From the NCBI GenBank assembly GCA_963764165.1, contig CAVXRD010000002.1:2816001-2880000 (forward strand): 64,000 nt of DNA, in the 5' to 3' direction. Each line of letters starts with the position of its first letter. Position 1 is the first letter of the stretch. The translations under genes were made by a program, and so were the position numbers. This stretch comes from an uncultured Verrucomicrobiae bacterium (GTDB taxonomy: Bacteria > Verrucomicrobiota > Verrucomicrobiia > Limisphaerales > Palsa-1400). Under the pieces are notes generated by a model that did no database searches, was not told the DNA's origin, and was given only the letters and a program-made list of their open reading frames with translations. Positions 7,992 to 17,561 of this stretch are shown piece after piece.

Positions 7992-10814
7992 CTAATCCAC
8001 AAACACCAGCTCGTTCGACATCAAAATAACCTGCGCGTATTTTTGCCAGGGTGTTAACGACTTGTGGTCTTTCGAGGTTTCGCCTGTCGAGGTGGTCGAT
8101 TGCACAAATTGCGTGGCCCACTCGATTTCTTCTTTACTAGGCGGGCGCTGGTAGGCCCATTCGTAAAGAAGCTTGATGCGTTCGCGATCTGTTTTCGCGG
8201 AATGAAAATCGGGGCGCTCCACGAGGTGTTGCGCCTGCTGGATGATGAACGGGCTGTTCATCAGGAAGAGCGCCTGCTGCGGAACGGTGGTGAAAAATCG
8301 GCGCGGGCTGCTGGTGTCCGGACTCGCAAAATCAAACGCGCGAAATTCGTCCGGGAGATTCTGGCGGTCGATGTAGCCGTAAACGGTGCGGCGCGTGGAA
8401 TCCGGCGCGATAATGTCCACCGCGTGGCCGCCCGCCGTTAAATCCAGTTTGCCGGAGACATCGAGCAGCGTGTCCCGTAACGCCTCGAAATCGAGGCGCT
8501 GCCGATTCATGCGCCAGACTAAATAATTGTTCGGATCGACCTTCGCGCATTCAGCATTGTCCTCGCTGCTTTGCTGATATGCCGCCGAAAGCATGATGAG
8601 CCGTTGCAATTTTTTGACCGACCAGCCATCGGACATGAATCTCGCGGCGAGGTAATCGAGCAATTCCGGATTCGTCGGCGGATCGGCCCGCATGCCGAAA
8701 TCACTCGGCGTGGAAACCAGCGGCGCGCCGAAGTGATAGAGCCAGACGCGGTTTACAAAGACGCGCGCGGTAAGGGGGTTGCTGGCGCTGGCAATGTCTT
8801 CGGCAAGCTCAAGCCGGCCGCTGCCTTTTTGGAAGGGCTTGCGGCCGGGGCCGCTGAGAATTTCGAGGAATTCGCGCGGCGCTTCCGCGCCCTGATTGTC
8901 TGGGTTGCCGCGGATGAAGATATGCGCATTGTGGGGGTCTGCTCGGTCCACCAGCGCCATGGCGCGAGGCGGCGCGCCTTCGGAAGTGGCGTCGAGCTCG
9001 TCGATGTGTCGTTGCAATTCTCGGAGTTTTTGGGAGGTAGGTACGTCATAAAGTCTTCCAAATTCACTGCGGGGGAGATTGGCGGGGGCGTTGGCGGCAT
9101 AAAGAATTTGCCGCAAAAATTCGTGATTCGCATCGGGAAACGCCGTGGGAACCAGCGTGTTTGTCGCGGCCAGCGCCTTGTCCCATTGCTCGTCAATTTC
9201 GGTGAATAGTTTGCCATAACGCTTCGCGACCTCTTCCATCGAAGCGGGCGGATTACCCGCGAACGCCTGCGCCACAAGTGGATTGAGTGAGTTGGCGCCG
9301 TCCGAGTTTGCGGCGAATTTTGCCGCGACATCGCGGGCGCGGGCGGAAAATTCCTTTTCCGGCAATTCAGCGAAAGCGAACCACGGCGCGAAAATCGGCT
9401 TCGCCGTATTGCGCCAGTCGTCGACAGCGTTCATCCAGCGCCTGGCGACCTCGACGTCCAGTTTGTGGTTGTGCGCGGCGCTGTCGATGTCCGTTTTGTT
9501 GGTGGCGTGATGCGCTTCGTAAACTGTCAATAAATAATCGCCCGCCTGCCGGCGCAATTGCGTGGCCATGGCCTTCTCGGCATCCTCGCGGTATTTTTCG
9601 CGCGCCTCGACACGCTTTTTGTGTTCGGCTTCGTATTCCTTGCGGGCTTTGGCTGGCGCGTCGGTGCCTAGCAGCGGCTCATCGCCGGGTTCCACGGAAC
9701 TGGAGAAGACGCCGTAGAGCGAATAATAATCCTTGCTCGGAATCGGGTCGAATTTGTGGTCGTGGCAGCGGGCGCAGCCGACCGTCAACCCCATCATGCC
9801 GCGGCAAACGACATCGATGCGGTCGTCAATAATATCGTGGATATTGTTGACAAAGCGGCGGCCCAGCGTGAGGTAGCCGAGCGCGGCCAGTTTGCGCTTG
9901 TCCTTGTTGTCCGGCAAAGCGTCGGCGGCGATCTGCTCCTTCAGAAATTCGTCGTAAGGCAGGTCTTCGTTGAAGGAGCGAATGACGTAATCGCGGTAGG
10001 TGTAGGAATAAGGATAGTGCCGGTCTTCCTCGAAAACGTATCCTTTTGTATCCGCGTAACGCGCGACATCCAGCCAGTGCCGCCCCCAGCGCTCGCCATA
10101 ATGCGGCGAGGCCAGCAATCGGTCTACCACTTTGGCAAATGCGTCCGGCGATTTGTCCGCCTCGAAGGCTGAGACTTCCTCGGGCGTCGGGGGCAGGCCG
10201 ATGAGGTCGAAGGTGGCGCGGCGAATCAGCGTGCGTTTGTCAGCCGCAGGCGAGTGTGAAAGATGGGCCGCTTCCAATTTCGCCAGGATGAAATTGTCGA
10301 CCGGCGTGCGGATGAAATTCTTATGCTTGACGCTCGGAATGGCTGGCTCGCGCACCGGCTGAAAAGCCCAGTGCTTTTTTGCCCGGTCGCGAATCGTCTC
10401 CGCTTTCGCCGCGCCACTGGTCGCAGTGCGCGGATCGGGCGCGCCCATTTTGACCCACGTCTCCAGATTCGCGATGTCCGTTGTGGAAAGTTTTTTGTTT
10501 TTGGGCGGCATCCGCAAATTGTCGTCGGTGTAGCGGACGGCTTTGATGAGCAAACTATTCTCGACATCGCCAGGTTTAACGGCCGGGCCGGTATCGCCGC
10601 CTTTCAGCAGGGAATCGCGCGAATCGACGAGGAAACCGCCTTTGACTTTGGCGCTTTGCGAACTGTGGCAGGAATAGCAATGGCCGACCAGGACGGGGCG
10701 AATCTTGTTCTCGAAAAATTCAACGCCGTTCGCGTCTTCCGCCGCAAAAGCGGAAACGGAATTTCCAACCGCGCCCAAGCCGAGCGCGAGCGCGAACTGG
10801 ATGGCCGGTTTCAC
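7992..10814 (-). CDS. Planctomycete cytochrome c / DUF1549 (PSD1) / DUF1553 domain protein
   Basis: Signal peptide, FFENKIRPVL..HCYSCH, HWAFQP, YGERWGRHWLDVARYADT, CARCHDHKFDP, NPLTARVFVNRVW, TVPQQALFLMN; GTG start overlaps the upstream TGA. Confidence 0.93.
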   Translation of the reverse strand: MKPAIQFALALGLGAVGNSVSAFAAEDANGVEFFENKIRPVLVGHCYSCHSSQSAKVKGGFLVDSRDSLLKGGDTGPAVKPGDVENSLLIKAVRYTDDNLRMPPKNKKLSTTDIANLETWVKMGAPDPRTATSGAAKAETIRDRAKKHWAFQPVREPAIPSVKHKNFIRTPVDNFILAKLEAAHLSHSPAADKRTLIRRATFDLIGLPPTPEEVSAFEADKSPDAFAKVVDRLLASPHYGERWGRHWLDVARYADTKGYVFEEDRHYPYSYTYRDYVIRSFNEDLPYDEFLKEQIAADALPDNKDKRKLAALGYLTLGRRFVNNIHDIIDDRIDVVCRGMMGLTVGCARCHDHKFDPIPSKDYYSLYGVFSSSVEPGDEPLLGTDAPAKARKEYEAEHKKRVEAREKYREDAEKAMATQLRRQAGDYLLTVYEAHHATNKTDIDSAAHNHKLDVEVARRWMNAVDDWRNTAKPIFAPWFAFAELPEKEFSARARDVAAKFAANSDGANSLNPLVAQAFAGNPPASMEEVAKRYGKLFTEIDEQWDKALAATNTLVPTAFPDANHEFLRQILYAANAPANLPRSEFGRLYDVPTSQKLRELQRHIDELDATSEGAPPRAMALVDRADPHNAHIFIRGNPDNQGAEAPREFLEILSGPGRKPFQKGSGRLELAEDIASASNPLTARVFVNRVWLYHFGAPLVSTPSDFGMRADPPTNPELLDYLAARFMSDGWSVKKLQRLIMLSAAYQQSSEDNAECAKVDPNNYLVWRMNRQRLDFEALRDTLLDVSGKLDLTAGGHAVDIIAPDSTRRTVYGYIDRQNLPDEFRAFDFASPDTSSPRRFFTTVPQQALFLMNSPFIIQQAQHLVERPDFHSAKTDRERIKLLYEWAYQRPPSKEEIEWATQFVQSTTSTGETSKDHKSLTPWQKYAQVILMSNELVFVD

Positions 10815-12262
10815 GCAATCAACTCCGGAACGACGTGCCCGTAAACATCCGTCAGCCGGAAATCGCGGCCGGAATGGCGGAAGGTCAGCTTCTCGTGGTC
10901 GAAGCCCAGCAGGCGCAGGATCGTCGCGTGCAAATCGTGGACGTGAACTTTGTTCTCGGTCGCGGCGAAACCGAATTCGTCCGTCGCGCCGTGGACATAT
11001 CCGCCGCGCGCGCCGCCGCCGGCCATCCACATCGTGAAGCCGTGATGATTGTGATCGCGGCCGTTGACTTTCCCGGCATTCGAACCGGGCTTGGCTAATT
11101 CGACCGTGGGCGTGCGGCCAAATTCTCCGCCCCAAATTACCAATGTATCCTCCAGCATGCCCCGCTGCTTCAAATCCTTCAGCAAAGCGCCAATGGCCTG
11201 GTCCGATTCTTTTGCGAGCTTTCCGTGAGCGACTTCGATATCATCGTGGCTGTCCCACGGCTGGCCCTCGCCATGCCAAACTTGAACGAAGCGGACGCCG
11301 CGCTCGAGCAATCGCCGCGTGATCAAAAGCTGCCGCGCCTGGGTGCCTTCGCCATACATTTTGCGGATGTGCTCGGGTTCGCGAGAAATGTCAAACGCAT
11401 CGCTCGCATCCATCTGCATGCGATAGGCCAGTTCAAACGACTGGATGCGCGCTTCCATTTGCGCGTCGTCGCGGCGCTTTTGCTGGAAACGCTCATTCAA
11501 CTTTTGCAGCAGATCGATTTGCTTCCGCTGTTCAGGAAGCGCGGCGTAATCGTTTTTGATGTTCTGAATCAAATCCTCGATCTTCGTGTGCGCGGTATTG
11601 ACATAAGTCCCCTGATACGCGCCCGGCAAAAATCCGGCCTGCCAATTTTGCGATTCCTGAATTGGATAACCGCCAGGGCACATCGCGATGAAGCCCGGCA
11701 AATTCTGATTTTCCGACCCAAGCCCATAAGTGACCCACGAACCCATGCTGGGCCGGATTTGCCGCGCATCGCCGCAATTCATCAGCATCAGCGACGGCTC
11801 ATGATTGGGAACATCCGCCGTCATCGACCGAATTACGCAAATATCGTCGATGCTTTCGGCGACGTGCCGAAACAAATCGCTAACCTCGATTCCGCTCTGG
11901 CCGTATTTTTTGAATTTGAAAGGCGATGCGAATGCCGCGCCGGTCTGGCGTTCGGTCGGAAGATTCGCCATCGGCAGGAGCTTGCCCGCGTATTTGTCCA
12001 GCGACGGTTTCGGATCAAAGGTGTCAACATGCGACGGCCCGCCGTTGGCGAAAATATGAATGACACGCTTGGCTTTTCCTGCAAATTGCGGGGCCTTAGG
12101 TGTCAGTGGCGAAACAAATCCTTCCGCATGCGCGGTCTCGGTCAAACCGACCATCGACATCAGGCTGGTCAATCCGAGCGCGCCCATGCCCATGCCGCAC
12201 CGGCACAAAAAGTCCCGGCGTGTCAATGCAAGATGCTCTGGATTGGGCGCATGATGATCCAT
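10811..12262 (-). CDS. DUF1501 family protein (Tat-type signal)
   Basis: TRRDFL, GGPSHVDTFDPKP, WGGEFGRTP, GRDHNHHGFTMWMAGGG, HVHDLHATIL, GRDFRLTDV. Confidence 0.95.
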   Translation of the reverse strand: MDHHAPNPEHLALTRRDFLCRCGMGMGALGLTSLMSMVGLTETAHAEGFVSPLTPKAPQFAGKAKRVIHIFANGGPSHVDTFDPKPSLDKYAGKLLPMANLPTERQTGAAFASPFKFKKYGQSGIEVSDLFRHVAESIDDICVIRSMTADVPNHEPSLMLMNCGDARQIRPSMGSWVTYGLGSENQNLPGFIAMCPGGYPIQESQNWQAGFLPGAYQGTYVNTAHTKIEDLIQNIKNDYAALPEQRKQIDLLQKLNERFQQKRRDDAQMEARIQSFELAYRMQMDASDAFDISREPEHIRKMYGEGTQARQLLITRRLLERGVRFVQVWHGEGQPWDSHDDIEVAHGKLAKESDQAIGALLKDLKQRGMLEDTLVIWGGEFGRTPTVELAKPGSNAGKVNGRDHNHHGFTMWMAGGGARGGYVHGATDEFGFAATENKVHVHDLHATILRLLGFDHEKLTFRHSGRDFRLTDVYGHVVPELIA

Positions 12263-12307
12263 GCAATATACCGTCTTTCGACGTCCCGGAGGGCGAAACG
12301 ATTCAAC

Positions 12308-13528
12308 CTAAATTTTCGACCAATCAAGCGGCTGGCGTATATCAATCTCATACAATTTCTCCTCGACGGCCTCCGGATATTTCTGCGAAGCGCCCGTGTT
12401 GAAGATGACGATCGTTTCGTCGCGCTTGATTTCGCCGCGCGCGAGCAGCACTTCCAGCGCGCCGAGGCAAACCGCTGTTTCAGGACAGAGCGCAATGCCC
12501 TCCTTCGACGCGGCCAGCCGCATCCACTTCGGAATATCCGCTTCCGCCGTGGCGAGAGCTGTGCCGCCGCTTTGGCGCACGGCGTCGATAATCATGAAAT
12601 CGCCCACCGCAGCTGGCACGCGAATGCCGCTGGCAATGGTGGCCGCGTTTTCAAACTTCGGCGCGAAACGCTCGGCCTTGGCGTAAGCCGTGGCGATGGG
12701 CGCGCAGCCTTCGCTCTGGCAGGAAATCATGCGCGGCTTTTTCGGCGACCTAAGCCAGCCCAACTCCGCCAATTCGTTGAATGCTTTCCACATGCCAATC
12801 AATCCCGTGCCGCCGCCGGTCGGGTAAAGAATAACGTCTGGCAACTCCCAATCAAATTGCTCGGCCAATTCCAGACCCATCGTTTTCTTTCCCTCGATGC
12901 GATACGGCTCCTTCAAGGTCGACACATCAAACCAGCCTTTGATTTTCTTGCCTTCACCCACGATGCGCCCGCAATCGGTGATGAGACCGTTGACCAAAAA
13001 CGTTTTCGCGCCCGCGAGGTAGCATTCCTTTTTGTTGATGGATGGCGTATCGGACGGCATGAACACGTAAGCCTCCATTCCCGCGCGAGCGGCGTAAGCC
13101 GCCATCGCGCCGCCGGCGTTTCCAGCGGTCGGTACCGCGAGTTTTTTTATGCCGAATTCGTTCGCCTTGGAAATCGCCATGGCCATGCCGCGAGCCTTGA
13201 AACTTCCGGTGGGCAGGCGGCTTTCGTCTTTGACAAATAAATTTGTCACGCCGAATTCTTTTCCCAGACGCCGCGTTTCGAGAATGGGCGTCATTGTTTC
13301 ATCCAGCGAAACCATTTTCGAGGCATCGTTAATCGGGAGAAGTTCCTTGTAACGCCACATCGTGGAGGGTCGCCCGGCGAACGGTGGCTTCGGCAACGCG
13401 CACCGAATGGCGGCAAGATCGTATTTCACCCAGAGTGGGCGATTGCAGGCGGTGCAAAGATTATGAACCAGCGCTGCGTCGAATTTCTGGCCGCAGTTGG
13501 CGCACTCCAAATGTGTGACAAAACTCAT
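12308..13528 (-). CDS. thrC: threonine synthase (PLP-dependent)
   Basis: N-terminal CxxC..CxxC, LPTGSFKARG (PLP lysine), PTAGNAG, YRIEGKKTMG, YPTGGGTG, FNTG. Confidence 0.88.
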   Translation of the reverse strand: MSFVTHLECANCGQKFDAALVHNLCTACNRPLWVKYDLAAIRCALPKPPFAGRPSTMWRYKELLPINDASKMVSLDETMTPILETRRLGKEFGVTNLFVKDESRLPTGSFKARGMAMAISKANEFGIKKLAVPTAGNAGGAMAAYAARAGMEAYVFMPSDTPSINKKECYLAGAKTFLVNGLITDCGRIVGEGKKIKGWFDVSTLKEPYRIEGKKTMGLELAEQFDWELPDVILYPTGGGTGLIGMWKAFNELAELGWLRSPKKPRMISCQSEGCAPIATAYAKAERFAPKFENAATIASGIRVPAAVGDFMIIDAVRQSGGTALATAEADIPKWMRLAASKEGIALCPETAVCLGALEVLLARGEIKRDETIVIFNTGASQKYPEAVEEKLYEIDIRQPLDWSKI

Positions 13529-13578
13529 TGCATTGAGGATTAAGAACTCGCTGGCTTGAAAAGCAATCGACATTTGTG

Positions 13579-13686
13579 AAAGGTAGGGACGCCTCGCCGA
13601 GGCGTCCGGTTGCGTGTGAAAATGTCCACAACTTGCGAATAAACTATGCCTCACCCCGGACGCCTCGGCGAGGCGTCCCTACCTTT
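13579..13686. repeat. GTAG-type REP doublet (family C)
   Basis: AAAGGTAGGGACGCCTCGCCGAGGCGTCCGG (13579-13609) and its perfect reverse complement (13656-13686); a single identical unit lies at 51410-51440. Confidence 0.9.
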
Positions 13687-14170
13687 TTTCGCCGTGCTCC
13701 AGTTGCAACGTCCACCGGCGGCAAAGCCAAAACGGAATTGCTCCGAAGACTCCGAATGAGCAATCGATGAGCCGCCACCAAAATGGAATCCCGCGCAAAC
13801 CGCCAAATATGAGCGCGAACGGAATGACCAGAGCGCACGCGATCAGGCCGAAATCATAAAGCCACCGATTGCGCACGGGATCGCGCAGCGCACCCACGAA
13901 CGCAATGGCGATTACGAAGTGGCCAAACGCCAGCCAATCTGTGCCATAGAAAAGAAACGGGCATTGCGCTTGGGTTTGCGCCAGCGCATCACGAACTCGC
14001 ATCAACCATTCCCCGACAACGGACGCATTTGATGCGCCTCCGAAATGGTTTGCCAGAAAGTTTACTTCAGAAAGCAGCGGAATCGCTGTCACGCCGCTCA
14101 GAAAGAGCCCGAGGATGAACGCCCACGTCAGAATGTTAATGCGTTTCAGGAGATTTTCGCGTCGGGTCAT
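13679..14170 (-). CDS. hypothetical integral membrane protein
   Basis: About four TM segments; YGTDWLAFGH and RGIPFWWRLIDCSFG motifs; third gene of the LinD-like run. Confidence 0.8.
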   Translation of the reverse strand: MTRRENLLKRINILTWAFILGLFLSGVTAIPLLSEVNFLANHFGGASNASVVGEWLMRVRDALAQTQAQCPFLFYGTDWLAFGHFVIAIAFVGALRDPVRNRWLYDFGLIACALVIPFALIFGGLRGIPFWWRLIDCSFGVFGAIPFWLCRRWTLQLEHGEKR

Positions 14171-14241
14171 GGGAATTTATTTTCGCTTGGTCTTCCTCGG
14201 CGCAGCGGGGCTGAAACGCTTGTGCGGTGATGTTGACGTTC

Positions 14242-14544
14242 TCACTCCTCTTTCAAATTTCGGCGGCGCCACAATTCAAGCAGTCCCGCCGTGATGAGGA
14301 AAATCGGAACAAGCAGGACGAAAGCGAAATAGAGCAGCAGGTGAGTCAATCCAAGAGCGGAACCGGCTTGCCAGCTCATGTTTGGGTTCGGCGACGCGCC
14401 GCTCAGAAACGTGGTGTAATTCTCGAGGCCGGAAAATTTCGAGATGAGATACAGAATGACGATAATCGCCGCCCGCGCGACGAATGCCTTTGGCGAGAAC
14501 GAATCCGCGCTCTGAAAACACCGGAGATAATGAATAGGTTTCAT
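14242..14544 (-). CDS. small hypothetical membrane protein (2 TM)
   Basis: ATG 14544 overlaps the upstream stop (ATGA); two hydrophobic stretches. Confidence 0.75.
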   Translation of the reverse strand: MKPIHYLRCFQSADSFSPKAFVARAAIIVILYLISKFSGLENYTTFLSGASPNPNMSWQAGSALGLTHLLLYFAFVLLVPIFLITAGLLELWRRRNLKEE

Positions 14545-15731
14545 GGCAGGCGCAGCCTTTCCCAGAGAGGCCCAAGAACGGAGGCGTAAAGCATCGCGGC
14601 ATCGCCGACTTGATTGCTGGCGCAATATTTGAGCCGTCCGTTTTGCTTGACAGGAAACGCCGCCATATCCAGCGTGGTGGCGAGTGATTGCAGAAAATCC
14701 CAATCCTGAAAACTGGACGCGGCAATGAACGCCATTCCGCTTGAGCCGGCACTGACGCCGAGGCCGGGAATCACCATCCCGGAATCCACGTCCATTGGCC
14801 CTTCCCAACTCGCCGGCCATTCGAGGCCGTAACCGAATCCCAGTGTGATGCGGCCAAGTTCCTTTCGTGCCCGGTCGTATTGATCTCGCGCGAACGGCTC
14901 ATCCACCACTTGCAGGCAATGCGCGACCATCCAGATCGTCGAGCCTTCGGGCCCGTAAATCGGCGTCCCGTCCAGTTCATAACTGGAGAGAAGCAGGCCG
15001 CTCTTTTTATCGACAAGACGATCCTTGGCGATGGCGATCCAATTCTTGCTGAGAGCGGAATGGTCCGAGCCATCGAGATGATCGGCCACTTTAAACGCAA
15101 CCAATGCCACCGATTGATCGTAACTCCAGCATTCGTTGGGATAACTCTCCATGGCCATGAGCTTATTCGACCGCATGCGCTTTTCGATCAGCGCGAGCCG
15201 CTCGGTCATCGGTTGTTTGTAAGAGGGTTGCTCTTGCAGCATTCGCCGCGCGCCCATCATCAGCGCGATTTCGCCATCGAGAAACAAACTGTGCGCGGGT
15301 TGAATGAAATACGGGCGATCTTTGGCGTAGGGCATGAGAAAAGCGTAAATCCCTTTCTCACGCTCGATCTTTATCGTCTCCTCAATGATCTGGTCGATGA
15401 CGGGGAGATATTGCGTTTTCATTTCCGGTTCGCGCAGGCCCATGTTGGCGAGCGACCAAACCAGAAACGTGCGTCCCATGAAATCCCATTCCGCGTTGAT
15501 CGCCCGCATTTTCTGAAGCTCAAGATCGCGCAACTTTGGCTCCGTCCAGAGTTGCAAATGGCGGGCCGCGAGTTCGCGCGCCTTGGGGGAAATGCCGCTC
15601 GCCTGATAAAAATCCGACACGGGTGTGCGGTAAAAGAAGTGGATGCACGGAAGCCAAATCGCCGCGGCAATTAGGAAAGCGGCGAGGGCGAGGCCCGCCC
15701 GTTTCAGGCGGGTTTTCAGCGGCGTTTTCAT
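14541..15731 (-). CDS. membrane-anchored linalool dehydratase/isomerase-like (alpha/alpha barrel) protein
   Basis: N-terminal TM; ESYPNECWSYDQSVALVAFKVADHLDGSDHS resembles, from memory, the LinD segment [29 protein letters not shown]. Confidence 0.6.
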   Translation of the reverse strand: MKTPLKTRLKRAGLALAAFLIAAAIWLPCIHFFYRTPVSDFYQASGISPKARELAARHLQLWTEPKLRDLELQKMRAINAEWDFMGRTFLVWSLANMGLREPEMKTQYLPVIDQIIEETIKIEREKGIYAFLMPYAKDRPYFIQPAHSLFLDGEIALMMGARRMLQEQPSYKQPMTERLALIEKRMRSNKLMAMESYPNECWSYDQSVALVAFKVADHLDGSDHSALSKNWIAIAKDRLVDKKSGLLLSSYELDGTPIYGPEGSTIWMVAHCLQVVDEPFARDQYDRARKELGRITLGFGYGLEWPASWEGPMDVDSGMVIPGLGVSAGSSGMAFIAASSFQDWDFLQSLATTLDMAAFPVKQNGRLKYCASNQVGDAAMLYASVLGPLWERLRLP

Positions 15732-15812
15732 AAATTCTTCGTCTCCTTCACGAATCCTCCCGCAGATGATTGGCGGCTTCCACGCTGGTTGTTATCATAG
15801 CAAGGCCTAATC

Positions 15813-15829
15813 ACTTTGCAATACAAAGT
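15813..15829. promoter_or_regulatory. palindromic operator ACTTTG-N5-CAAAGT
   Basis: ACTTTGCAATACAAAGT about 80 bp upstream of the LinD-like gene. Confidence 0.6.
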
Positions 15830-15938
15830 ATATGACGATTCAGTTTCCCTTTCGTTCAAACAATCTTGAATTTTCGAGGGAAATATTGGCGGGGCGAGGC
15901 AGCCAATGAGCCAGTCCAACGAGTGCGGCTAGCGGCAT

Positions 15939-16203
15939 GGGCGCATCTCAGTTTTTGTGAGGGCGGACTTCTGCCAAAAGCTCGGCAGGTCGACAAGTGA
16001 TCGCTCTCACCCCGCCAAGCTTGGCGGGGAGAGAGAAGGAGAGAGGGGCAAACTCATTAGAACTCGGAGAGGCCAGGCGCATTGAGGGCCGATGGACTTC
16101 AGTCGTTGCCTAACCGCCCCTCTCCCTAACCCTCTCCCCGCTGCGCGGGGCGAGGGAATCCGCGATTCGTCGGCAAGGGATGGCCAAGAAGTGAGATGCG
16201 CCC
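15939..16203. mobile_element. 265-bp MITE (family D) with 9-bp target-site duplication
   Basis: TIR GGGCGCATCTCA (15939-15950) / TGAGATGCGCCC (16192-16203); TAGCGGCAT duplicated at 15930-15938 and 16204-16212. Confidence 0.9.
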
Positions 16204-16307
16204 TAGCGGCATCCACGCAGGGCTGCAAGCTGTGATGCCCTCCGGCATCTGCCGCTGCATTCGACTCTTCAAGCGGTTCATTGCGGCAAAAAGCCAATCC
16301 CGCGCGG

Positions 16308-17459
16308 CTAGCGCTGAATCGAGAAGCGATACATCATGGTGTGATGGTAAGTCTCGCCCGGCTTCAGCTCGGTCGTCGGAAACTCAGGCTTGTTCGGCGA
16401 GTCCGGGAAGTGCTGCGGTTCCATGGCGATGGCGGAGCGGTGCTGATACGTCCAGCCGTATTTGCCCGTAATGGTGCCATCGAGGAAATTTCCCGAATAA
16501 AACTGCAAGCCCGGCTCGGTGGAAAAGATGTCAAGCACACGGCCGCTTTCCGGCTCGTAAACTTTTGCCATCAAATCGAGTTTTCCCATTTCCTTGTTAA
16601 TCACCCAATTGTGGTCGTAGCCGCCGCCGAATTTCAATTGCTGGTCGTCCTGGTCGATGCGCGCGCCGATGGCCGTGGGCGTGCGGAAATCAAACGGCGT
16701 GCCCTCGACGGGGCGCAATTCGCCGGTGGGAATCAAAGTTGAATCCACCGGGGTGAATTTATCCGCCGGAATGGTGACGATGTGGCCCAAAATCGTTCCT
16801 TTGCCCGCTAGGTTGAAGTAGGAATGCTGGGTCAGATTGACGACGGTGTCTTTGTCGGTCGTCGCGGTGAATTCCAGGCGCAGCGCGTTGTCGCGCATGA
16901 TTGTGTAAACCGCCGTCACCTTGAGCGTTCCGGGATAACCTTCTTCGCCGTCCGGGCTGGTGTAATCAAGAACCAGTTGCGCGCCATCCTGGCTTTGCCG
17001 CGTGGTGGCTTTCCAGTTGCGCTTGTCGAATCCCTTCAACCCGCCGTGCAGGGAGTTCGGGCCATTGTTGACAGCAAGCGTGTATTCCTTGCCGTCGAGC
17101 GTGAAGTGACCCTTGGCGATCCGGTTGCCGTAACGGCCGATCATCGCGCCGAAGTAAGGGCTATTCTTGACATAGGAATCGAGATTGTCGTAACCGAGCA
17201 CCACGTCGCCCAGCTTGCCGTCCTTGTCCGGCACTTTCAGAGAGACGATGATGCCGCCATACGTCATGATGCGCGCCTCCATGCCCGAGGAATTGCGAAG
17301 CGTGTAAAGATCCACCGGCGTTCCGTCCGGCGCGGTGCCAAAAGGCTCTTTCGGCAGCGCGACCGCCTCGGGTCCCTCGTTGCTTTTGCAGCCGGCCAGC
17401 AAGGCGGCGCTGGCGCAAAGTGCGAGCATGAACTGAACTGCTGTTCGTTTTGTCATCAT
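16308..17459 (-). CDS. galM: aldose 1-epimerase (mutarotase), predicted lipoprotein
   Basis: IGRYGNRI, NSLHGG, NLTQHSYFNL, GYDHNW, LQFYSGNF, MEPQHFPDSPN; lipobox LLAGC. Confidence 0.93.
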   Translation of the reverse strand: MMTKRTAVQFMLALCASAALLAGCKSNEGPEAVALPKEPFGTAPDGTPVDLYTLRNSSGMEARIMTYGGIIVSLKVPDKDGKLGDVVLGYDNLDSYVKNSPYFGAMIGRYGNRIAKGHFTLDGKEYTLAVNNGPNSLHGGLKGFDKRNWKATTRQSQDGAQLVLDYTSPDGEEGYPGTLKVTAVYTIMRDNALRLEFTATTDKDTVVNLTQHSYFNLAGKGTILGHIVTIPADKFTPVDSTLIPTGELRPVEGTPFDFRTPTAIGARIDQDDQQLKFGGGYDHNWVINKEMGKLDLMAKVYEPESGRVLDIFSTEPGLQFYSGNFLDGTITGKYGWTYQHRSAIAMEPQHFPDSPNKPEFPTTELKPGETYHHTMMYRFSIQR

Positions 17460-17561
17460 AGATTTGCCATTTTTTGAATGTTTCGTTGGTCCGTCATTGG
17501 CCATGGGGCCGGTTGCGGAAAATTCTTCTGTCAATCAATGTGTTTCGTGCGTGCGGCTTAG

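Noticed and set aside
10815..11135. N-terminal 107 aa of the 1047-aa ORF
   Set aside because: Overlaps DUF1501 in another frame; the signal peptide starts at GTG 10814.
11225..13240. 671-aa plus-strand ORF
   Set aside because: Antisense shadow of DUF1501 and threonine synthase in GC-rich DNA; no motifs.
16007..16297. ORFs with SPRAAGRGLGRG (also 25121-25366) and ORFs at 20342-20614 and 28798-29067
   Set aside because: Translations of MITE/REP sequence rather than genes.
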